A stretch of DNA of 64,000 nucleotides from Terriglobia bacterium (lineage in GTDB: Bacteria; Acidobacteriota; Terriglobia; 20CM-2-55-15). The notes beneath the pieces are model-generated. The model did not search any database. It saw nothing but the letters and a program-made list of their open reading frames with translations, and had not been told where the DNA came from. The stretch covers positions 480,001-544,000 of the forward strand of contig CAXWPJ010000010.1 of assembly GCA_963664115.2 (NCBI GenBank), in the 5' to 3' direction. This document shows, piece after piece, positions 1-10,038 of the stretch. The position numbers were made by a program, and so were the translations under genes. The number at the start of each line of letters is the position of its first letter. Positions within the stretch are counted from its first letter, which is position 1.

Positions 1-90
1 CAGCGGAAAATCGAGAGGGGAGTGTACCCGTAACAGCGGAAAATCGAGAAGGGGAGTGTACCCGTAACAGCGTGGAAAACCCTCTCGATT
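1..90. repeat. Tandem 33/34-bp direct repeat with a downstream inverted partial copy
   Basis: CAGCGGAAAATCGAGA(A)GGGGAGTGTACCCGTAA at 1-33 and 34-67, partial third unit at 68-72; CCCTCTCGATT (80-90) is the reverse complement of AATCGAGAGGG (9-19). May extend left of the window. Confidence 0.85.
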
Positions 91-699
91 CACTGGCGCT
101 TGTGGAAATTATCGGCACAGGAAGTCCCAGGCGCGTCAACGAGCCGCTGGTAATGGCACTCTAGTCCCTGAACAAGCGTGATTGACGAGGAAATGATAGT
201 GCAATAAGAGCGGAAGTACCCGAAATACCCCCTCTCCGTGCGAAAAAAACCTTGAACAGATTCTTCGGAAAAGGAGGCATTTCAGATGAACGATTATACG
301 CGCAAGAACATGAGGAACCGCAAGCGGCGAATCGAACGTCGGCTTGGGGACCGGCATTGGACGGATCAGGTAGAGCCGATGTTTTCGGCGAGCAACATTC
401 AGTACGAGATGGGAGAGCGGACGCGGGGCACATCGGTTGGTGGTATCGGGACGATGCAACTGGTGGCGCGGCGGACCGGGCTGATCGAAGCCATCGACAA
501 GGGCGTGCATGTGTTGAAGCGGCACCTGCCGTATCACGAGTCGGATCACGTGCTGAACATCGCCTACAACGCCTTGAGCGGAGGAACGTGCCTGGAAGAC
601 ATCGAACTGCGGCGCAACGATGCGGTGTATCTGGATGCGCTGGGAGCGCAACGGATTCCGGATCCGACGACGGCGGGAGACTTCTGCCGGAGATTCGAG

Positions 700-2084
700 G
701 AGTTATAACCGAATCTGGTGTTTGAGGGATTGAATAAGAGTGGCGTATCTGGTTGATTTGTTGTGACAAAACTTCAAAGCAACCATAGGAGATACGCCAC
801 TGTGAGCAAGAGTAACGTGAATGGACCGGAAGGTCGAGAAACGATTGAGGATCCAGTAACAGAACTACTACGAGTTGGGGCACAGCAACTGATCCAACGC
901 GCAGTGGAAGCCGAATTGGCAGAGCTGCTATCCCAGCACGGTGGCCGGCGAACTGAGACAGGAAACGCCGGGGTGGTACGCAACGGTTATCTGCCGGAAC
1001 GCGAACTGCAGACGGGATTGGGTCCGGTAACAGTCCAAATCCCGAAGGTCCGTGCCAAGACGGGCGAAGCTGTGACGTTCCGATCGGCCCTGGTACCACC
1101 GTACATTCGGAAGACGAAGTCGCTGGAAGCAGCGGTGCCGTGGTTGTATTTGAAAGGCGTTTCCAGCGGCGAGATGGGTGAGGCCCTAAAAGTTCTTGTC
1201 GGTCCCCAGGCGCAGGGTCTGTCGGCGAGCACGGTATCGCGGTTGAAACAGGTTTGGGGCGAACAGTACCGCCTCGGATGCGAGGAGCGTTTGGATGCAG
1301 ATCGCTGGGTCTATGTCTGGGCCGACGGCATCTACAGCGGACTTCGGGCGGAACAAACCAAGTTGTGTGCATTGGTCGTGATCGGCGTGAATGAACGCGG
1401 AGAGAAGCGTTTCCTGGCGATCGAAGACGGTGTACGGGAATCGACACAGAGTTGGCGCGAGGTCTTGTTGAAGCTGAAGTCCCGTGGGATGAATGTTCCG
1501 AAGTTGGCCATCGGTGACGGTGCGATGGGGTTCTGGGCCGCACTGGAGGAAATCTATCCCGAGACACGTCAACAACGTTGCTGGATGCACAAAGTCATGA
1601 ACGTCCTCAACTGCCTGCCCAAGTCGGTCCAGGCGAAGGCGAAACAGGCCCTGCACTCGATCTGGCAGGCCGAGACGAAGGCAGACGCCGAGAAGGCATT
1701 CGACTTGTTCATTGAAACCTATGAACCGAAGTATCCGAAAGCCACACTCTGCCTGCAGAAAGACAGAGAGGAACTGCTGGCCTTTTACGACTTTCCGGCC
1801 AAGCACTGGCAGAGCATCAGAACGACGAATCCCATTGAGTCGACCTTTGCCACCATTCGACACCGAACGAAGCGATCCAGAGGTTGCCTGACACGGGATG
1901 GCATGCTGCACATGATGTTCAAACTGGGCCAGTGCGCTGAGAACAATTGGCGACGATTACGAGGATTCGATGATCTGAGCAAGGTAATCATCGGAGTGAA
2001 ATTCAACGATGGTGTCGAAGCGACACAAGTCGATCAGGCCGCCGCTTGAATCAATCTCCTAAACACCACTTTTGACAATAACTC
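700..2084 (+). mobile_element. IS256-family element, copy 1 (1385 bp)
   Basis: Imperfect IRs GAGTTATAACCGAATCTGGTGTTTGAGGGATTGA / TCAATCTCCTAAACACCACTTTTGACAATAACTC; 9-bp TSD AGATTCGAG (691-699, 2085-2093). Confidence 0.95.
763..2049 (+). CDS. IS256-family (Mutator-type DDE) transposase
   Basis: Motifs RNGY, WADGIY, IGDGAMGF, QRCWMHK, RTTNPIES; true start may be the GTG at 802. Confidence 0.95.
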   Translation: MTKLQSNHRRYATVSKSNVNGPEGRETIEDPVTELLRVGAQQLIQRAVEAELAELLSQHGGRRTETGNAGVVRNGYLPERELQTGLGPVTVQIPKVRAKTGEAVTFRSALVPPYIRKTKSLEAAVPWLYLKGVSSGEMGEALKVLVGPQAQGLSASTVSRLKQVWGEQYRLGCEERLDADRWVYVWADGIYSGLRAEQTKLCALVVIGVNERGEKRFLAIEDGVRESTQSWREVLLKLKSRGMNVPKLAIGDGAMGFWAALEEIYPETRQQRCWMHKVMNVLNCLPKSVQAKAKQALHSIWQAETKADAEKAFDLFIETYEPKYPKATLCLQKDREELLAFYDFPAKHWQSIRTTNPIESTFATIRHRTKRSRGCLTRDGMLHMMFKLGQCAENNWRRLRGFDDLSKVIIGVKFNDGVEATQVDQAAA

Positions 2085-4015
2085 AGATTCGAGGCCGACG
2101 ACGTGGAGTGTCTGATGGAGGCAACCAATCAAGTCCGGCTCGGAGTCTGGCGACAGCAACCGGCGGCGTTTTTCGAAGAAGCGGTGTTGGACGCGGACGG
2201 GACACTGGCCGAAACCACGGGGGAATGCAAGCAAGGGATGGACGTGGCCTACGACGGGACGTGGGGATATCACCCGCTGATGATCTCGCTGGCCAACACC
2301 GCCGAACCGCTGTATCTGGTCAATCGTAGCGGCAACCGGCCGTCGCATGAAGGAGCCGCGGTCCGGTTCGACCAAGCCATCGCATTGTGCCGGCATGCGG
2401 GGTTTCGCCAGATCCTGCTGCGCGGGGACACGGACTTCAGCCAGACCCGGCATCTGGACGGATGGGACGACCAGCAGGTGGGTTTCATATTCGGGATTGA
2501 CGCGATGGCGAACCTGAAGGCCCGGGCCGATGAACTGGAGCCGCGCCAGTGGAAGCGCCTGGAACGGCCCGCGAAATACGACGTGGCGACCGAACCGCGC
2601 CAACGTCCCGACAACGTGAAGGAAGAGATCGTTCGGCAGCGCGGTTTCGACAATATCCGCTTGCAGGGTGAGGATGTGGCCGAGTTTCGGTATCGACCCG
2701 GAGCCTGCGATCGGGACTACCGTGTCGTCGTGGTGCGGAAGAATCTGTCGGTGGCCAAAGGAGAGCAGGTGTTGTTTGACGACATCCGGTACTTCTTCTA
2801 CATTACCAACCGTTCGGATCCGGCCGACCAGATTGTGATGCGTGCCAATCAACGGTGCAATCAGGAGAATCTCATTGAGCAGTTGAAGAACGGCGTTCAG
2901 GCGTTGCGGATGCCGGTTGGAGATCAGACCAGCAACTGGGCCTACATGGTGATCGCGTCACTGGCCTGGACACTGAAAGCGTGGTTTGCATTGCTGCTTC
3001 CCGAAACCGGACGTTGGGGCCAAAAATATCAGGCTGAGAAGCAAACCGTGCTGCGCATGGAGTTCAAAACCTTCTTGAACGCTTTCATGCTTGTGCCGTG
3101 CCAACTCGTGCGCACCGGGCGGCGCATTCTGTTCCGGATCCTGGCCTGGAACCGGTGGTTGCCGGTCTTGTTCCGCGGGGTGGATGTGTTGCGTCAGCCT
3201 CTGCGATGTTGACCCGATCATGACTCTGAGCCCGGGCGATCGAGGTCCCGGTTTCTGTCAACCGTCCAACACCAGCGAGGCTGAACTGAAACAGATTCAA
3301 CAGAAACTCGATACCTGGAACAGGCCATCCGGGAACGGGATTCTATGCCTCGAATTCTATCGGCGCGAACTGGGCCTCGGCGGACTGGTTATGCGCTTGT
3401 TTTGGGACTAGACATAGAAGACACATCAACGCTCCCCCCCTACGTTTTCGGACAGAAGAGCTACCTTTTGCTGGAACATCTAATCGATGGCGTCGCCGAT
3501 GCTCGAAGCGATCGGGCATGGTTTATCGTCGCGCCTTACGGTTCAGGCAAATCAATTTTCGCCCTATTTGCGACACTTCTGTTGAGCCGTGGGCTGGACG
3601 ACGAATGGGTCAATGAATGTGCGAAAACGATTAGCGAAGATGCCCCGCTAGTTAGCAAAAAGATCAAAAAGGAGCTCATAGCATCGGACAGGCACTTAAT
3701 TCCAGTGCATGTTCACGGACAACGTGCTTCAGTGGAACGCGGCCTTCTAAAAGGTCTACAGTCAGCTATGATCGGAAGAACGGGCATATCCGGTTGGGCC
3801 CGTCCCAAAACGAAGTCCGAAGTTAAGCGTCTGTTGGCAACACACTCCCCTACCAGTGGGGATGTTATAGCTGCCTACCAGCAAGCGCTCGAAGACGCTG
3901 GGCGATCCCACACCGGGCTGACCCTCGTAGTTGACGAATTCGGTAAGCACTTAGAGGCCGCGATCTTATCACCACAGAACTCGGACATCTACGTGTTGCA
4001 AGGGCTGGTAGTGTC

Positions 4016-4894
4016 TCAGTTTGAAATTCGTTTTTTGTACGGGCCGCGTTTCTTCTGTTTCGGAGTATGCGCATCGATAAGGCCGATGATCCAGTCCATG
4101 TCGTGCAACTCGTCGCTAACGCCCGCCGCCATAGCTGGGGACACCCTCAGCGTCTTGTGAATCCGGCAGAAGTTGTAGTGGACGAAGTACAGCGCAAGCA
4201 TGTGTGCGTGGTTCTCAAGTTTCTTAGAGAATGCATTCGTAAGGCGCGTGAACCTTCGCATCGACATTCGCATCGTGAGGTTCTGCCTTTCGACATATGA
4301 CGTGCTGATGTGCTGCGGGTCAGGGTCTCCGACGATCGGTTTTGGGATCGCACCCTGACACCGAGCTGGGCTATAGCGCGTCTCAGATTCAAGTGGCGGT
4401 CCATAGAGCTTGATAAGCTGGCTGTAGTCTACGTCGCCACCGAACGCGTCCTCGACCGCCGCTAGGTACAACGCAAGCCCATCAGAGGTAAGCTGTACAC
4501 GTCCGGCCAGGCGATCCGCTAGGTCGGAAACGAACATGTAGGCCGATTCGGGATCGCGTGAACCCACAAGCCACGATACGATCAACTTGGAATCGGCATC
4601 CAGGCCTGTCCATGTCCAAGTATCACCCGCCCCAACTGGAGCTTTCTCCGCGTGTTGAACATTCTTCTGTTTTGCGTATGTGAAGGCCCAGATCTCATCT
4701 ACTTGGACCCGGCGCGAGCGAAGGCCGCGTACAGTCTCATCGTGGTAGGCGGCACATGCCTTTCCAGCATCAACTAGGAGTTTGGAGATCGTGTTTATTG
4801 ATACGTCGGTGATCCGCGAAATGGAGCGCATAGAAGACCCTTCGACCAACATGTGAAGGATTTGCGCTCTCTTGGCTGTGGGTAGCTTGTTCAC
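4016..4894 (-). CDS. IS1-family DDE transposase
   Basis: N-terminal HTH (LVEGSSMRSISRITDVSINTI), VQVDEIW, LTSDG, TSYVERQNLTMRMSMRRFTRLTNAFSKK; stop codon lies inside the IR; GTG start inferred. Confidence 0.85.
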   Translation of the reverse strand: MNKLPTAKRAQILHMLVEGSSMRSISRITDVSINTISKLLVDAGKACAAYHDETVRGLRSRRVQVDEIWAFTYAKQKNVQHAEKAPVGAGDTWTWTGLDADSKLIVSWLVGSRDPESAYMFVSDLADRLAGRVQLTSDGLALYLAAVEDAFGGDVDYSQLIKLYGPPLESETRYSPARCQGAIPKPIVGDPDPQHISTSYVERQNLTMRMSMRRFTRLTNAFSKKLENHAHMLALYFVHYNFCRIHKTLRVSPAMAAGVSDELHDMDWIIGLIDAHTPKQKKRGPYKKRISN

Positions 4895-4975
4895 AATCAG
4901 AAGGATACCAAGACCCTGCTGATTTGTCAAGCATTATGTCATTTTGAATAAGTGATCTCCACCGCTCCCGTTGTG

Positions 4976-6360
4976 GAGTTATAACCGAATCTGGTGTTTG
5001 AGGGATTGAATAAGAGCGGCGTATCTGGTTGATTTGTTGTGACAAAACTTCAAAGCAACCATAGGAGATACGCCACTGTGAGCAAGAGTAACGTGAATGG
5101 ACCGGAAGGTCGAGAAACGATTGAGGATCCAGTAACAGAACTACTACGAGTTGGGGCACAGCAACTGATCCAACGCGCAGTGGAAGCCGAATTGGCAGAG
5201 CTGCTATCCCAGCACGGTGGCCGGCGAACTGAGACAGGAAACGCCGGGGTGGTACGCAACGGTTATCTGCCGGAACGCGAACTGCAGACGGGATTGGGTC
5301 CGGTAACAGTCCAAATCCCGAAGGTCCGTGCCAAGACGGGCGAAGCTGTGACGTTCCGATCGGCCCTGGTACCACCGTACATTCGGAAGACGAAGTCGCT
5401 GGAAGCAGCGGTGCCGTGGTTGTATTTGAAAGGCGTTTCCAGCGGCGAGATGGGTGAGGCCCTAAAAGTTCTTGTCGGTCCCCAGGCGCAGGGTCTGTCG
5501 GCGAGCACGGTATCGCGGTTGAAACAGGTTTGGGGCGAACAGTACCGCCTCGGATGCGAGGAGCGTTTGGATGCAGATCGCTGGGTCTATGTCTGGGCCG
5601 ACGGCATCTACAGCGGACTTCGGGCGGAACAAACCAAGTTGTGTGCATTGGTCGTGATCGGCGTGAATGAACGCGGAGAGAAGCGTTTCCTGGCGATCGA
5701 AGACGGTGTACGGGAATCGACACAGAGTTGGCGCGAGGTCTTGTTGAAGCTGAAGTCCCGTGGGATGAATGTTCCGAAGTTGGCCATCGGTGACGGTGCG
5801 ATGGGGTTCTGGGCCGCACTGGAGGAAATCTATCCCGAGACACGTCAACAACGTTGCTGGATGCACAAAGTCATGAACGTCCTCAACTGCCTGCCCAAGT
5901 CGGTCCAGGCGAAGGCGAAACAGGCCCTGCACTCGATCTGGCAGGCCGAGACGAAGGCAGACGCCGAGAAGGCATTCGACTTGTTCATTGAAACCTATGA
6001 ACCGAAGTATCCGAAAGCCACACTCTGCCTGCAGAAAGACAGAGAGGAACTGCTGGCCTTTTACGACTTTCCGGCCAAGCACTGGCAGAGCATCAGAACG
6101 ACGAATCCCATTGAGTCGACCTTTGCCACCATTCGACACCGAACGAAGCGATCCAGAGGTTGCCTGACACGGGATGGCATGCTGCACATGATGTTCAAAC
6201 TGGGCCAGTGCGCTGAGAACAATTGGCGACGATTACGAGGATTCGATGATCTGAGCAAGGTAATCATCGGAGTGAAATTCAACGATGGTGTCGAAGCGAC
6301 ACAAGTCGATCAGGCCGCCGCTTGAATCAATCTCCTAAACACCACTTTTGACAATAACTC
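4976..6360 (+). mobile_element. IS256-family element, copy 2
   Basis: Same 1385-bp element; TSD TCCCGTTGTG (10 bp; 4966-4975, 6361-6370). Confidence 0.95.
5039..6325 (+). CDS. IS256-family transposase
   Basis: Protein identical to 763-2049. Confidence 0.95.
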   Translation: MTKLQSNHRRYATVSKSNVNGPEGRETIEDPVTELLRVGAQQLIQRAVEAELAELLSQHGGRRTETGNAGVVRNGYLPERELQTGLGPVTVQIPKVRAKTGEAVTFRSALVPPYIRKTKSLEAAVPWLYLKGVSSGEMGEALKVLVGPQAQGLSASTVSRLKQVWGEQYRLGCEERLDADRWVYVWADGIYSGLRAEQTKLCALVVIGVNERGEKRFLAIEDGVRESTQSWREVLLKLKSRGMNVPKLAIGDGAMGFWAALEEIYPETRQQRCWMHKVMNVLNCLPKSVQAKAKQALHSIWQAETKADAEKAFDLFIETYEPKYPKATLCLQKDREELLAFYDFPAKHWQSIRTTNPIESTFATIRHRTKRSRGCLTRDGMLHMMFKLGQCAENNWRRLRGFDDLSKVIIGVKFNDGVEATQVDQAAA

Positions 6361-6775
6361 TCCCGTTGTGCCATTGTAGCTCATCCGGAAATTCCGGAGG
6401 AACGTCCTACCTAGCAACGCTGAATGGACTTGGCCTCCTTTCCTCAGGTCAACACCTGCGAACATGCCATATATGGTGAATTGAATCGCAGGAACGTGAA
6501 CCTGTGCCATGTAGACATTAGCCATGCTCGGCCCGCTGATTCCAGCGATCTGTTTTTTATCGACTATAGGCAGGCCTAAAGATGCCGCGATCAGGTTATC
6601 TATGCAGGACTCAGTTGCGCCAGTGTCGACCAGTGCATGGACGCCAGCAATGCCAGGCTTAGGTTTGGGATGTGATTTGTTAGGTTTCCAAGCAGAGTCA
6701 AATCCAATATCAACTGAGACGGTCGGCCCAATTTGAACCAACAATCGTTGCTCTCCAAAACCACATTCTATCTTC

Positions 6776-7012
6776 TTAGGCAAAGCGGTACATTACAGAT
6801 GCTGGGAGGGTGATCTCGCTTACACCAATCATTCGGATAAGGTATGGCCCATGACCAAAATTCCGAACGGCGTCTTCCGCTGCAGCATCAAACGACGGGT
6901 ACGTCCCGATCAGTTGCCCCCCGTGGACGACTACCCATTCACCCATGTGGTCCGCTTCGAGATCGGCGCGCATCTCTTCGTACGCTTGAATCTCTGCGTC
7001 TAATTCAGACAT
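6776..7012 (-). CDS. DUF5678-like small protein
   Basis: 78 aa, GEWVVVHGGQLIGTYPSFDAA pattern; overlaps the protease start. Confidence 0.7.
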   Translation of the reverse strand: MSELDAEIQAYEEMRADLEADHMGEWVVVHGGQLIGTYPSFDAAAEDAVRNFGHGPYLIRMIGVSEITLPASVMYRFA

Positions 7013-7041
7013 ATGGCCTCCAAGCTAGGTGCCGAAAATTT

Positions 7042-7278
7042 TTATTCTTGGGAGTTCTTATCCCATCGCGCCGCTGCACCAACACGTGCGATTTCTTGTC
7101 GACGTTTCTCAGGAAGTGCTTTGGCACGGGCCTTCCCGCCGATATTGCCTCCAGCAGCGCGTGCAGCCACGCGCTTTTCGATCCGACCCTCAATCTCTCC
7201 GGTGGCGATCTTGGCGACCGTCACGGCACACCCGACCACGTCGGCTGGCCTTTTTTGCCCCTGTGGTCCTCGTGGCAT
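7042..7278 (-). CDS. Small basic protein of a type found in IS1/IS1595-like elements
   Basis: KRPADV...AKIATGE...GGNIGGKARAKAL...RRQEIAR..AAARW; RBS GGAGG upstream. Confidence 0.7.
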   Translation of the reverse strand: MPRGPQGQKRPADVVGCAVTVAKIATGEIEGRIEKRVAARAAGGNIGGKARAKALPEKRRQEIARVGAAARWDKNSQE

Positions 7279-7920
7279 TTGCTCACCTCCAACAAATCAG
7301 GGATCGGCAGGATAACATGGTTGGACAGATCAGGTCCACCTACGACCGAGTGTATCAAATTATATAGACGGATCAGGTCATTTTTGGGATGCATGGGATT
7401 TCAAACTGAGACACTACCCAAGGGCTAGCCGAACTCGCAGCACGATCGACCCCCACCCAGTTCCACTTTTGGCTTCTCGCACACCAAAGCATGGACCAGT
7501 ACGCCACCGGTTTGCCGACACACCAAAAGCAGGAATGGGCAAAGATCCAAGGCCGATTCAGAGAATATGATTTCACGGCAGATCCGACAGCTTCATACCG
7601 CTCCGTTGTCGAATGTATTGATCGAGCAAAAGATCCAGAACTTGATATACCTATTCGGAAGATAGCCAACAAGCAGAGAAGCCAGTCGGCTTCGTACCCG
7701 GCGTTCGGAAAATCCGGGGACAAAAGTTACTGGGAAGCTCTGTTTTATGACACCTATCCATTGCATCCGGTAACTTTGTTCGTGCTCCCACGCCTAGCGA
7801 GCAAAGCCGGACAAAATGAGCGCACCATTTACAGTTTTCTCTGCTCCCACGAACCTAATGGCTTACCCGAATTTCTGTCCACGCGCCGTTGGAACCGACG
7901 CCAAGCGCCATACCTGACAG

Positions 7921-9410
7921 TGTAGCCCGTCAGAGCATTTCGTACGAAATACCCTAAAAAACTAAGAGACACTTTTCTAATCAGAACGATCTGAAGGAGG
8001 ATCGAATGAGTGAGAAAGTGTCGGCAGAGAATCGGGTACGAGAGATTCGTCGAAAGACGCGCAAGAAGTACTCGTCTGAGGAGAAAGTGCGGATCGTGTT
8101 GGAAGGGTTGCGAGGCGAAGAGAGCATCGCAGAACTGTGCCGACGCGAAGGGATTCCGTCAAATCTGTATTACCGGTGGAGCAAGGACTTCCTGGAGGCG
8201 GGGAAGAAACGGCTGGCTGGGGACACGAAGCGGGAAGCGACATCGAGCGAAGTCACCGAGTTGCGGCAGGAAAACGATCAGTTGAAGCAGGTCGTGGCCG
8301 AAATACTGCTAAAGAATCGTTTTCTGAAAAAAACGTTGAACGTAACGGACTCCGAGAGCATCGATATATGAGGCAATCGGGATCTGAGAAGCTGGAGACG
8401 ATCCGAGTGGTGGAAGACTCGGAGTTGTCGGTGACAGCGACCCTCCGGGAGCTGGGCGTCCCCCGCAGCACGTTCTACGGTTGGTATCGACGATACAAAG
8501 AGCGTGGCGCAGCCGGCTTGTTAGATCGGCATTCCGGCCCCGGCTTCTGCTGGAACCGGATTCCGGGACCGGTGCGGGAACAGGTGGTCGAAACCGCGTT
8601 GAACCACCCGGAAGCCTCACCGCGGGAACTGGCCTGGCAGATCACCGACACCCAGGACTACTTCATCTCCGAATCCAGCGTGTATCGGATTCTGAAGAGA
8701 TGCGACCTGATCACCAGTCCCGCATACATCGTGATGACGGCCAGCGATCACTTCCAGCAGCCAACCCGGCGTGTGAACGAACTCTGGCAAACTGATTTCA
8801 CTTACTTCAGGGTCGTCGGTTGGGGTTGGTACTACCTGTCGACCGTGCTGGACGATTACTCTCGCTACATCATCGCCTGGAAGCTCTTTCAAACCATGGC
8901 CGCATCTGACGTTCAGGACACGCTGGACGTTGCACTACAGGCGACAGATGTCGGACAAGTACAAGTCCGGCACCGACCGCGATTGTTGAGCGACAACGGC
9001 CCCTGCTACGTATCGCACGAACTCAAAGACTATTTACAACGTCGTGGTATGGAACACACCCGGGGTGCGCCCTATCACCCGATGACACAGGGCAAGATCG
9101 AACGCTATCACCGTTCGATGAAGAACGTGGTCAAGTTGGAACACTACTATTATCCGTGGGAACTTGAGCAGGCGATCGCGCAATGGGTCGAACACTACAA
9201 CCACCATCGGTATCACGAATCTCTGAACAACGTGACACCGGCTGACGTGTTCTTCGGGAGGGATCAGCAGATCCTTGCACGTCGTGACCAGATCAAAAGA
9301 AAAACGCTGGCTCGACGCAAAATCGAGAACCTTAGGATTGGAGTGGTATAACTTCAAAACCGTCTCTTAGCTAAATGGTCTTTTTGTCCGAATTATTCTG
9401 ACGACGTACA
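7921..9410 (+). mobile_element. IS3-family insertion sequence
   Basis: TGT...ACA termini, imperfect IRs (TGTAGCCCGTCAGAGCATTTCGTAC / GTCCGAATTATTCTGACGACGTACA); no TSD visible. Confidence 0.85.
8006..9351 (+). CDS. IS3-family transposase OrfA (8006-8371) / OrfB, probably joined by a -1 frameshift
   Basis: OrfA HTH KYSSEEKVRIVLEGLRGEESIAELCRREGI; A7 run at 8327-8333; OrfB WQTDFT, LSDNG, GKIERYHRSMK (DDE). Confidence 0.85.
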
Positions 9411-9699
9411 CTAATACTCGATCCTCGAAGGGCCATTGCTCAGGAGTGCCGCTCAAGTGGGACAGAATCTCTTTCCCGTTAGCACGGGCTAGACCCATCG
9501 TCTTTGGAAGGCACGAGTCGAAATATCCATGTTCGAATACAAGCTTTGATTCAATCTTCGTTTTGATCCTTGCTTCTTGCAAGGTGGAAGCCTGGGCTTC
9601 TAACTTTTGATTCATACGACGAGACATGCTCACCATTATGCCACTGTCAGGGTCACGTGTACCATGGGCTAAAATAGGGCTGGGCATGCTCAAAATCAT
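9411..9699 (-). pseudogene. Hypothetical protein, 3' end truncated by IS3
   Basis: ORF 9367-9699 runs into the IS3 right end; no recognisable motif. Confidence 0.3.
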
Positions 9700-9869
9700 T
9701 CCAAACGTGGTGGCCCGTGTGCCGGTGCCCTGATTTGGTTCTCGACGCCTGAGAAATCCTGTTCTCGGACCTTGAGAATTTCAGGAAACGCTAGCCAGAA
9801 CTCGGCCCCGCGTTACCCCGGAAGGAAAAGCCCGAGATCATCCCCAATCTAACTTATTGATTAAATTGA

Positions 9870-9914
9870 TGAGCCCTGAAGGAATCGAACCTTCGACCTA
9901 CTGATTACGAGTCA
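9870..9914 (-). other. 3' half of a tRNA gene (att-site-like scar)
   Basis: TGACTCGTAATCAGTAGGTCGAAGGTTCGATTCCTTCAGGGCTCA: anticodon loop, T-arm GGTTCGATTCC and 3' acceptor strand present; D-arm and 5' acceptor strand absent. Confidence 0.8.
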
Positions 9915-10038
9915 CGCGCCTTTTGGACGCCCAATCGCTCCAAATTCACGGCTAGTTTGCCTCCCCATCGTAAACTAGAGCTGCCCCCTTTCCCCCCGAC
10001 GCCCTTTTCCGGCGACCGCCCTTCCCTCTCATCTATTA

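Larger units (their letters stand above)
286..3212 (+). pseudogene. IS1380-family DDE transposase split by IS256 (286-699 + 2094-3212)
   Basis: Removing 700-2093 rejoins ...IPDPTTAGDFCRRFE|ADDVECLMEA... in frame; motifs LDADGT, GYHPL, LRGDTDF, RCNQENLIEQLKNG. Confidence 0.9.
165..3407 (+). mobile_element. IS1380-family insertion sequence, interrupted by IS256
   Basis: Imperfect terminal IRs TCCCTGAACAAGCG / CGCTTGTTTTGGGA flanked by CTAG at 161-164 and 3408-3411; contains a split IS1380-type transposase. Confidence 0.85.
4939..6783 (-). pseudogene. Retropepsin-like aspartyl protease; C-terminus cut off by IS256
   Basis: ALVDTGATES and ALLGRTFL motifs; native end ...NGTTG|AVEITYSK* is recovered at 4965-4939 once IS256 is removed. 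Confidence 0.85.
4007..7418 (-). mobile_element. IS1-family-like element carrying passenger genes (about 2.0 kb without the inner IS256)
   Basis: Perfect 21-bp IRs GGTAGTGTCTCAGTTTGAAAT (4007-4027 / 7398-7418) and 8-bp TSD CAAGGGCT (3999-4006, 7419-7426). Confidence 0.9.
3408..7920 (+). pseudogene. Large P-loop ATPase (SspC / BREX-type-4 BrxC-like), fragmented: 3408-4006 + 7427-7920
   Basis: Walker A APYGSGKS, Walker B LVVDEFGKHLE; removing 4007-7426 rejoins DIYVLQGL|AELAARS in frame; then HQSMDQYA, EWAKIQGRF, YPLHP, GQNERTIYSFL. Truncated by IS3 at 7921. Family assignment from recalled motifs. Confidence 0.65.

Noticed and set aside
1-72. CRISPR array
   Set aside because: Repeat units abut with no spacers and there are no cas genes in the window.
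161-1567. Long antisense ORFs over IS256 (also 4770-5843 and 61630-62682) and others such as 20422-22023, 37645-38679 and 43146-44606
   Set aside because: They lie opposite well-supported genes in GC-rich DNA, lack motifs, and the IS256 ones differ only by read-through into flanks.
3345-4160. Intact 271-aa protein
   Set aside because: Both ends come from IS sequence (IS1380 right end and IS1-like IR); only 3408-4006 belongs to the ATPase.
700-6360. Composite transposon formed by IS256 copies 1 and 2
   Set aside because: Each copy has its own TSD, so they are independent insertions.
9870-9945. Intact tRNA-Thr gene
   Set aside because: Sequence beyond 9914 cannot form the D-arm or the 5' acceptor strand.
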